From contig NIVC01004118.1 of the NCBI GenBank assembly GCA_002269645.1, positions 1 through 59,630 on the forward strand: DNA of 59,630 nt, written 5' to 3'. The stretch is from Macrostomum lignano. Lineage: Eukaryota. The position numbers were made by a program, and so were the translations under genes. Below the pieces are notes generated by a model. The model did no database searches. It was given only the letters and a program-made list of their open reading frames with translations, and was not told where the DNA came from. The first letter of the stretch is position 1. The number at the start of each line of letters is the position of its first letter. This document shows, one piece after another, positions 24,155 through 33,431 of this stretch.

Positions 24155-27100
24155 TCACTTCATTCTGGCGTCGTTAGCCTTAGTAATCTCTTTAGTCAGC
24201 TCCTCCTTATAGGAGAAGATGTCGCCTTCCCACTTGGTCACTTTGCAATTGTTGCACTCCCAGATTTCCTCTGCCACCTGTTGAATGAGTCGGAAATCGT
24301 GACTGACCAACAGCAGGCCGCCCTGGAACTCGCAGATGGCCTCGGCCAGAGCGTCAATAGTCTCGATGTCCAAGTGGTTGGTCGGCTCGTCCAGCAGCAG
24401 CATGTGCGGCGATTTGTTGGCCAGCCAGGCAAAGATAATTCGGCATCGCTGTCCGTCGGACAGTGTCCGAATCGGGCACACCTGCTGGGCCCCAGTTAGT
24501 CCGTATCGGCCGAGTATTTTGCGCATCTCGTCCCGTTCTGTAATCTCGGGAAACTGGCGCATCATCCAATCTAGCGAGGTCAGCGATATGTCCAGCATCT
24601 CGTGCAGGTGCTGATGATAGCGACCGATTCTAACGTGCGAGTGCCGCCTGATGAGGCCGTCAGTTGGCTGCAGCTCGCCGGCGATCAGCTTCAGCAGAGT
24701 GCTCTTGCCTGAATTGCAGCAGCGCGTTAAGTTTAAAAAAAAATATTTTTAAGCTACTGTTAGTAGCTGATTTGGTGATTACATTATTTAAATAGAGTAT
24801 TATACAGTTTGCTGGTAAAGGCATGTTCTTCGGGGAGTAGATTTCTGAGAATAGTAAACTTCAAATACGAACTAACCTCTATGTATTATGGATCTATATC
24901 TATTGAGATATAGATTTGTCCATAGGATATAGATTTGTCCATAGGATATAGATTTGTCCATAGGATATAGATTTGTCTATAGGGATATAGATTTGTCCAT
25001 ATGATATAGATTTGTCCATAGGGATATAGATTTGTCCATAGGGATATAGATTTGTCCATAGGATATAGATTTGTCTATAGGGATATAGATTTGTCCATAG
25101 AAATATAGATTTGTCCATAGAAATACAGATTTGTCCATAGGGATATAGATTTGTCCATAGGGATATAGATTTGTCCATAGGGATACAAATTTTTCCATAG
25201 GGACTTAGATTCATCTCTAGGGACAGATTTGTCTCTAGGTCATAGATTTGTCTCTAGGGACATAGATTTGTCTCTAGGTCATAGATTTGTCTCTAGGGAC
25301 ATAGATTTGTCTCTAGAGATATAGATTTATCTCTAGGGATATAGATGTGTCTCTAGGGACATAGATTTGTCTCTAGGGATATAGATGTGTCTCTAGGGAT
25401 ATAGATTTGTCTCTAGGTCATAGATTTGTCTCTAGGGACATAGATTTGTCTCTAGAGATATAGATTTATCTCTAGGGATATAGATGTGTCTCTAGGGACA
25501 TAGATTTGTCTCTAGGGATATAGATGTGTCTCTAGGGATATAGATTTGTCTCTAGGTCATAGATTTGTCTCTAGGGACATAGATTTGTCTCTAGAGATAT
25601 AGATTTATCTCTAGGGATATAGATGTGTCTCTAGGGACATAGATTTGTCTCTAGGGATATAGATGTGTCTCTAGGGATATAGATTTGTCTCTATGTCATA
25701 GATTTGTCTCTAGAGATATAGATTTATCTCTAGGGATATAGATGTGTCTCTAGGGACATAGATTTGTCTCTAGGGATATAGATGTGTCTCTAGGGATATA
25801 GATTTGTCTCTAGGTCATAGATTTGTCTCTAGGGACATAGATTTGTCTCTAGGGCCATAGATTTATCTCTAGGGATATAGATGTGTCTCTAGGGATATAG
25901 ATTTGTCTCTATTAGATAGAGATAATACATATGAGTCCAGACTCAATCTCAATAACAGCAAACAAAATCCGAATCAATAAAAAAGCACACTCACCAGCTC
26001 CATTTGGACCAACCAGAGCCACTCGGGTGTCCAGATCCACGCCAAAGTCCAGATCTTTATAGATAAAAGGCTTGCCAGGCGCGTACTGGAAGCTGACATT
26101 CTGAATCATAATCACTGGCGGCGGAATCTCGCCACAGTCGGGAAAGTAGAACGTGACAGTTTTGTCGTGAGCAACCCGGTCTGTCAGGCCTTTGTCAACC
26201 ATCTTAGCCAGGGTTTTCTCTTTGCTCTGGGCCTGCCTAGCCAGCTTAGCCGAGCCGTGGCCAAACCTGGCTATGTAATTGCGCATGTTGGATATCTGGC
26301 CCTGCTCCCATTTGAATCGCTTCATCTGGTTCTCCTCCATCTCCATGCGAGTCTGCATGTACTGATCAAAATTGCCGCCATAGTAGATCAGGCGCTTGTG
26401 CCGCATATGGATTATATTAGTGCAGACGCCGTTGAGAAAGTCCTGAGAATGGCTGATGATGACAAGGATTCGCTTGTACTGCTTCAGCTCCTCCTCAAGC
26501 CAGACGCAGGCGTTCAGATCCAGATGGTTGGTGGGCTCGTCCAGCATCAGCAGGTCTGGCTTCACGAACAGAGCCCTGGCCAGGGAGATGCGCATGCGCC
26601 AGCCGCCGCTGAAGTGCTTTACCTAGCAGGTTGGGGTGCAGAGCTCCGTGAACCCCAGGCCGTGCAGAAGCTAATCATGCTACTATCAGTAGGGAAATGG
26701 CATACTATACAGATTATTTACCTGTTTGTTCTGCATCTCGGCCGTGCAGAAGCTAATCATGCTACTATCAGTTGGGAAATGGCATACTATACAGATTATT
26801 TACCTGTTTGTTCTGCATCTCGGCCGTGCAGAAGCTAATCATGCTACTATCAGTTGGGAAATGGCATACTATACAGATTATTTACCTGTTTGTTCTGCAT
26901 CTCGGCCGTGCAGAAGCTAATCATGCTACTATCAGTTGGGAAATGGCATACTATACAGATTATTTACCTGTTTGTTCTGCATCTCGGCCGTGCAGAAGCT
27001 AATCATGCTACTATCAGTTGGGAAATGGCATACTATACAGATTATTTACCTGTTTGTTCTGCATCTCGGCCGTGCAGAAGCTAATCATGCTACTATCAGT

Positions 27101-27917
27101 TGGGAAATGGCATACTATACAGATTATTTACCTGTTTGTTCTGCATCTCGGCCGTGAACCCCAGACCGTGCAGAAGCTCCGCAGCCCTGGTGGCGGCCTT
27201 GTCAGCGTCTAATTCTTCCAGCCGATCGTAGATGTCCATCAGGCGATCGTGAGATTCCTGATCTTCGTGCAGAGCCAGAGCCTCGGCCTCGGTCTCCAGC
27301 CTGACGCGCTCCTCGTCAACTTCCATGACGCACTGTATCGCAGTTTTGTCAGACGGCGGCATCTCGCGTTGCAACAGGAAAATGTCCACATGCGGCTGAA
27401 TCTGCAGCTCCCGGTTGGCCAGCGCGGCCAGCAGGGTGCTCTTGCCGCAGCCGTTCAGGCCAATCAGGCCGTAGCGCCGGCCGCAGTTCAGCTCCAGCTT
27501 GGTGTCCTGCAGCAGCTCCTGGCCGTGGAAGGTGATGCTCAGATTAATTAGCTGAATATCGCGAGCGTCGGGGTGGCTGGCTAATACGCTGGTGCAGGCC
27601 CGGTGCGCCACCACCCGGTCAGACAGCAGGTTGAGAGTCTCAATCTCGCTGGCCAGAGCGCTTGGCATGTCGTCGTCTGAGCCCATGAAATCTTCGTCCT
27701 TGTCGGCCGAGGCGGAGGCAGCGGCGGCGCCATTGGCCGAGGAGGCGCCAACAGTTTCAGTTCCGTTAGGCCCAGTCTCCGGCACTTCATCGCCTGCCGC
27801 GCTGCCAGCTTCATCTTCATTGTCGCGCTGCTGCTGTTGCAACGGTTTCTTAGCGTCCTTGCGCTTGGCGGCGTCCTTTTTAGCTTGGGCTCGCTTCTTC
27901 TTGTGATCGGATGGCAT
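24155..27917 (-). CDS. ABCF2: ATP-binding cassette sub-family F member 2 (soluble ribosome-associated ABC ATPase), 655 aa. Exons 27917-27132, 26622-25995, 24708-24155
   Basis: N-terminus [14 protein letters not shown]; two NBDs with Walker [10 protein letters not shown] and GPNGAGKST, signatures FSGGWRMR and LSDGQRCR, Walker [11 protein letters not shown]; no TM domains; exon phases 0 and 1 consistent. Confidence 0.95.
24905..25910. repeat. 19-20-bp minisatellite (GGGATATAGATTTGTCCATA, then GGGATATAGATTTGTCTCTA) in ABCF2 intron 2
   Basis: Direct periodicity, two sub-arrays. Confidence 0.95.
26659..27155 (-). repeat. 82-bp tandem repeat x6 forming ABCF2 intron 1; each unit contains the exon-1 end and donor site
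   Basis: AAACAG|GTAAAT donor copies at 27131, 27049, 26967, 26885, 26803, 26721. Confidence 0.95.
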
Positions 27918-28034
27918 GGCTGCTGATGCTGTTTCTATAGCAACGAGTATTATAGCTGAAACAAATTCGGATTGAATTCCAATCTAAATTCATGCGAATT
28001 ACAGTTGTCACGAGGTAACTAAATACTTTACATA

Positions 28035-28320
28035 GGTGGCTGCAGCCTAGTGGTTAGAGCGTTGGAAGCACGATTTGAAGGCCCGAGGTTCGATTCCCAA
28101 TCCCACTGCAACAGTTTGTGTCCTTGAGCAAGACACTCAACTCTGCTTTGCTTCAGTTCATCCAGCTGTAAAATGGGTGCCAGCATTAGCTGGGGTAATT
28201 GAGGGTGTGTGTGGCGACCCCCCAGTCTTTGGACTGAACAGCCATGCACAGCCTTCAGATGTGCTACACAATAGCTGTGGCTGAGCTGTCGGTTGCACAT
28301 CTACCCATTAGGGTAGGCCT
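28035..28320 (+). mobile_element. tRNA-derived CORE-type SINE, copy 1
   Basis: A box CAGCCTAGTGG, B box GGTTCGATTCC; TGTGTCCTTGAGCAAGACACTCAAC...CAGCTGTAAAATGGG resembles the MIR/CORE domain; 3' hairpin; second copy at 38724. Confidence 0.85.
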
Positions 28321-28964
28321 AATCTATTATTATTTTTATTAATATTATTATTATTTATACATGAGATAAAAAAATTAAAAAGCCTTTAAATCAATCAATA
28401 CTATATGTCTAATAAAGAATACATTGAATGCATAAATTTTTACCATAGTTTAAAATTTTAAAATTTTAAAAGCAAAGTAGGTTTAAAGAAAAATATTATA
28501 TTTAAAGCAAACAACTTATATCCCCAAACTCAGAATTGCAAGATCTTTCCAGCAATATAAGTATCTCTCTCAAAGCTTATAACTCAGCACAATTAACAAC
28601 TGATTCCTGATTTAAAGCATTGAAGCATCGAGTGTGTTGTGTATGTTCACTGACTGCTACAGCAAGAGGCTCGCAATCTTATTCATTGAATTTCAGGGCT
28701 GCGTACTGAAAGGCACCAATAATAAAACCAATTGAATCTCAACACAGTCCCAGCTATCTATAAGCCTCTGTTTACACTGTACATTGCTTTGTACACTCAG
28801 CTCAAACCCCTGTTCTGGGGGAATCATTAAAATTTAATTGCAGCCCAAACACGGCATGGCCTGGGGGGTTATTTGCATTGAACGTAGAACATGTGTCACC
28901 CACCCCCTCCAATACACAGAGACCCACAGGTGGAGGTTGGGGTGGTTCATTTTACAAAAATGCT

Positions 28965-29124
28965 TGGGCGCAACCTAGGGATTCACCTGGCTGTTTCTAT
29001 TGGCAACACACACATGTAAGTTGCTATTGGACAGAATAGTAGTCACAAGACTGCTCTCAGCCAATAGCAACTTGCATGTATATGTTGCCAATAGAAATGG
29101 CCAAGTGATTCCCAAGGTTGCCCA
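28965..29124. mobile_element. Fully palindromic (foldback) MITE, ~160 bp
   Basis: Arms TGGGC..AACCT.GGGA.TCAC.TGGC..TTTCTATTGGCAACA...AAGTTGCTATTGG pair with the reverse half; partial copy at 15936. Confidence 0.8.
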
Positions 29125-29674
29125 TGTATATTTACAAACATGCCACTAACTCCATTGGAGAAGCAAAGTGGCCAAAGAAGAAGGTTAAGAAAGGTGTTTT
29201 CTGCTTTTTTCAGACTTAATTTCGAATTTTTCAACATTTAAATAGCCTATTTGTTGCATAGGAAAATTTTGCATTGATATATATAAGTCCCACATTTAAG
29301 TTGGCAGCTGTCAAGGAGGAGATTGTATTAAACCTGGCTGGTCAATCTAATGATTAATCAATTAATCCACTCAGCTTTAGATATAAGAGATACTTTTATT
29401 TAGGCTTTATTTGTGCTGATACAATATTATCCAATATTATCAAAACCAGTTGATGAATTAAAAATTGAAAAACTTTATAGCATTTTTATATTAATTTTTT
29501 ATACTGTAACTCTAGTCTTATTAGACTTTATAAAAAGCTAACTTTATTTTAAGTTAAGTAACTTAAATGATTTAAAAATAATAGATCTTATAAGTAGAGT
29601 AGCTCACTTAATAAATAGGAATAAAATGAATGAGAGAACAAACATTAACTTGTTTTTATTTACTTTAATTCAAT

Positions 29675-29714
29675 TGCCAATGCATTTCAACCCTTGTAGG
29701 TCATTGTCAGGGCA
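29675..29714 (-). ncRNA. Decayed minimal type I hammerhead ribozyme of the PLE 3' pLTR
   Basis: TGCC-CTGACAA-T-GACC-TACAAG-GGTT-GAAA-TGCA-TT-GGCA, followed by AATAAA. The inverted copy at 30979 retains GGTCGAAA, the unmutated stem II. Confidence 0.7.
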
Positions 29715-29879
29715 GTAGTGAAATTGAAAATTCTAATAAACAGTTGAATAAATATACCTATGATAAGTTGAATACACAATATAAATTATTGTACGTAGCT
29801 TTCAATCAAAACAAGTTAACACACGGTGTAGTAGCGTACATTCCAAGCTAAAATATGCTGAGTTGGTGGCTGGCACCTC

Positions 29880-30975
29880 CCATAGCTAGCTGGCAGTTTA
29901 GGCTTGGGTTCTGATCTTTGATGTACATAGCCTCTAAGATATTCAAAGCGTGCTCATGGCGGCAAGAATCGATAATCTTAAATAAATCAATTGGTTTGCT
30001 GTTACAGCATGAGTTGCATGTGAGAAGGTGCTCCTGTACAGCAGATCTTTTGGTCTAGTGCTCCTTGACCCTAGTGTACAAGTGTCGCTTAGTTTTTCCT
30101 ATGTACGAAATACTCTGGTCGCCAGAGCATTGAAATTTATAAATGACACCTGCATTGAGAGGCCGAGGGACATGGGACTTCAAGTTGCAGACATACTGGG
30201 ACACCTTCTCTGTGCAGAATGTGATCCTAAGCTAAACATTGAGGCTTTTTTGAACAGTTTTTCAACTTTCTTCTTAAACTCAATAGAGCATAGGCCAAAA
30301 AATGGCAACACAATTGTAGGGCTATTCGTTTCTCTAGCATTATACTCCTGAGTGCTCTGTTGATTAGTCAGCTTGTTATTTAAAAACTGGTTCACAATGC
30401 GAGACACATAGTTCCTAGGGTAACCATTCCCAATGAGATGGCCAGTAAGCTGTTCCACCTCATCATGAAACAGTTTCTAGGAGCTACAGATCAGAAAAGC
30501 TCTATGCAGAAAGCAGCGAATCAGGCCATTCTTTCATTGCCATGGGCAGAGGGCATCAAATCTCAGCATAAGGCCGGTGAAGCTGGGCTTCCTAAAGACT
30601 TTAGTTTTGATCAGGTCATTGCTGATATCAATCTCCATGTCAAGAAAAGGGAGTTTAGTTCCTCCACCTTTGGTCGTGAATTTGATGTTAGGATGGGTAT
30701 GATTGATAGCATGGAAAAATTCTTCTTTTTCTTATCATTCTCAAAGATGGCAAAAGTGTCATCAACGTAGCATTTGTAAAACCGAGGCGAACACAGGAGG
30801 GCCATCCAGTCTTTTTCCCAATGGGCCATGCAAAGATTAGCCAGGGTGGGGGCAAGAGGGCTGCCCATGGCACAACCATCAATTTGCTTATAGTACCTAT
30901 CCCCGAACAGAAAGATACCAGAGGTGGCAAACCCGAGCATCTTTTTAAAGATGGTTTTCGGAAAAGGTGGATAAT
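29880..30975 (-). pseudogene. PLE RT/GIY-YIG ORF remnant with frameshifts and stop codons
   Basis: Frameshift near EEL/KLPFLD (~30655); TGA at 30534-30536; TAG near 30478; TAG after EH in the endonuclease. Confidence 0.88.
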
Positions 30976-31271
30976 CATGGTCGAAATGCATTGGCAATTG
31001 AATTAAAGTAAATAAAAATGAGTTAATGTTTGTTCTCTCATTCATTTTAGATCTTATAAGTCTTTTACTTTTTATTGATTTTGTAAAAAAGCAAAAATTA
31101 TCTATAGGGCCTAATGTATTAATAATTATCAAATAGTTATATACTTTGCAACTTGCCCTTGGTCTGCCATAATAATGATATATGTGCAATACCTACTTAG
31201 TTGACTTAGATGATCTAGCTAGGTAACAGGATTATCAGCGGCTAAAAGTGGGAATCGAACCATGCGGAGCA

Positions 31272-31314
31272 GACTGAGACCGGTTTTGGGCTTTTTTGCC
31301 CTCGTCAGTCAATC
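31272..31314 (-). ncRNA. Hammerhead copy 3, G12A core mutant
   Basis: GAAA reads AAAA; CUGACGA intact. Confidence 0.85.
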
Positions 31315-31663
31315 ATAGCCACACGAGGTCGGCTCCACCTCTAGCCAGCTGAGTGGAACTGCTATTTATGCGCCCTTGCACATGGCGACATTTTCTAGTC
31401 CACCATGTGAGGAATTCGCGCCATGCTCAAATAGCTTTACTATCAGTAAGCTATCGCTTACATCTTCCCGCTTTTCAAAGACTGGCACTCCTGCCAGTTC
31501 TCCCTTCTCGGGCCTTCTATTTTTAGGCGGCCAGAGGGTACACTTGTACGTCTTGTGCGCACATTTTTTTTTCGGCTCTCACCCTGTGGGTGGCCAGCGG
31601 GTACGCTCTCTGCAGGGAACCAGTTATCAGCGGCTAAAAGTGGGAATCGAACCATGCGAGGCA

Positions 31664-31706
31664 GACTAAGACCGGTTTCGGGCTTTTTTGCCCTTGTCAG
31701 TCAGTC
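31664..31706 (-). ncRNA. Hammerhead copy 2, G8A core mutant
   Basis: Core reads CUGACAA; otherwise the same as copy 1 with one G-U wobble in stem I. Confidence 0.85.
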
Positions 31707-32055
31707 ATAGCCACACGAGGTCGGCTCCACCTCTAGCCAGCTGAGTGGAACTGCTATTTATGCGCCCTTGCACATGGCGACATTTTCTAGTCCACCATGT
31801 GAGGAATTCGCGCCATGTTCAAATAGCTTTACTATCAGTAAGCTATCGCTTACATCTTCCCGCTTTTCAAAGACTGGCACTCCTGCCAGTTCTCCCTTCT
31901 CGGCCCTTCTATTTTTAGGCGGCCGGAGGGTACACTTATACACCTTGTGCGCACATTTTTTTTTCGGCTCTCACCCTGTGGGTGGCCAGCGGGTACGCTC
32001 TCTGCAGGGAACCAGTTATCAGCGGCTAAAAGTGGGAATCGAACCATGCGGGGCA

Positions 32056-32098
32056 GACTGAGACCGGTTTCGGGCTTTTTTGCCCTCGTCAGTCAGTC
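32056..32098 (-). ncRNA. Type I hammerhead ribozyme, intact core
   Basis: GACUGA-CUGACGA-GGGC-AAAAAA-GCCC-GAAAC-CG-GUC^UCAGUC: 6-bp stem I, 4-bp stem II, palindromic minimal stem III. Confidence 0.9.
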
Positions 32099-32828
32099 AT
32101 AGCCACACGAGGTCGGCTCCACCTCTAGCCAGCTGAGTGGAACTGCTATTTATGCGCCCTTGCACATGGCGACATTTTCTAGCCCACCATGTGAGGAATT
32201 CGCGCCATGTTCAAATAGCTTTACTATCAGTAAGCTATCGCTTACAAGGATTACTAATACAAGTATGTTGCAAAACTAATCCACTAAGCACCAAAATTAT
32301 TATGTATATACAAGACAAAAGCATTGAGAAACAAAATAAACAAGAGAAAAAAGATTTATGCTTATTATAAAAAGTGAATGCAAAATAAAAAATGGATATA
32401 TTATAGTGATATTGTATAAGGGAATTGCAAAAAGATAAGAAAGAAATAGTTTCCATGAGAAAGAAAATGATACACCTTAAAAGGGTTGCTTGACATGGAA
32501 TAAATTTTTAGGGCCTATAGACCCCATGGATGTTCACCTCAACTATAATCAGCTTTTATAATATAGTTGTTAAGCTGATACTAAATATAATAGATAGACT
32601 ACTACACACCAAGATTGCCACACTTGGAAGTGCTAAGGGAGAAATTTGGCTCAATTTGTTATTAGATAGTGCTAGAAAGGAGATAAATAGATAGTAGAGC
32701 TAGTAGGACAAGGCTGTGAGAAAGGAACCTATGAAAGGAATGGCAATGCTAGAAGATTGGTAGCTCCCCCTCAATACCAGTAGCCAGTAACTATGGCTAT
32801 GGGGGGGGTATGGCGGTCTTGGTATAGG

Positions 32829-33431
32829 CCACACTCAGGAAGGTGTACATTATGGCAGAAAATTCTGGTGCACATCAACGAAAAATATGCACGAAGTGGC
32901 GCACATGGCGCACAACAAAGGCTTAGCAAAAGTTTTTAGCACACAGTGGCGCACAGCAAAACCTGATCAGAAAAATTTAGCTCACATTGAGTCACCTAAA
33001 TGTATAATCTGCATATGCAGTGCGTAAAATATGCTTTAAGATTACGTTTTTCTAGGCATATCAATAAAAAAATTGTTTCTTGGTAAGTAAAACGAATAAT
33101 AAAATTCAAAATTGGATTTTAATGTAAAGTTAGAGCTATTTCTTTTGATGTTTCTCTACGTAAGCTAAAATAAAGCAGAAGTTTTGAGTTTAAAAAAACC
33201 TACATAATGTACAAAAATTTATCCGTTTTTTTAGTTTTGTTTTAATTTGACTTTTACCAAGTTTTTAGTGCTATGGCGCATTAGTACTTTAATACTCTGA
33301 CATATGTATTTGTCAATAAACGAATGTAGACCTTGGCGCAAAAATTCAAATTTTAGCTTCGCACACAACGCACACTCCAAAAATACGCTAAAATATATTC
33401 CTGCGCACACGTGACACCTTCCTGAGTGTGG
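32829..33431. mobile_element. Non-autonomous TIR DNA transposon, 603 bp
   Basis: Perfect 18-bp TIR CCACACTCAGGAAGGTGT/ACACCTTCCTGAGTGTGG; perfect 8-bp TSD GGTATAGG (32821-32828 and 33432-33439). Confidence 0.85.

Larger units (their letters stand above)
29622..31049 (-). mobile_element. 5'-truncated, decayed Penelope-like retroelement (RT + GIY-YIG; Naiad-like by endonuclease pattern) with an inverted pLTR fragment at its 5' end
   Basis: RT motifs YKQIDGCAMGSPLAPTLANLCM, YVDD, LPFLD, VFRKPSFTG, LIGNGYP; endonuclease GVIYKFQC...SYIGKTKRHL..R..EH...H...C..C...EAMYI...PSLNCQL; 71-bp inverted copy 29622-29692 / 30979-31049. Confidence 0.9.
31232..32246 (-). mobile_element. 392-bp tandem array (~2.6 units, 3 hammerheads): candidate non-LTR retrozyme
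   Basis: Exact 392-bp periodicity, one hammerhead per unit, several internal hairpins. Confidence 0.8.

Noticed and set aside
26726-27212. Repeated 64-76-aa plus-strand ORFs
   Set aside because: Antisense readings of the 82-bp intronic repeat of ABCF2.
28035-28110. tRNA gene calls for A/B-box segments (28035, 38724, 49245, 50219)
   Set aside because: No complete cloverleaf with a paired acceptor stem; two continue into SINE bodies.
30534-30536. In-frame TGA in the PLE as possible selenocysteine (some Naiad PLEs encode Sec)
   Set aside because: It sits at a position where Trp is expected (TGG->TGA); the other stops are TAG and the ORF is frameshifted, so it is ordinary decay.
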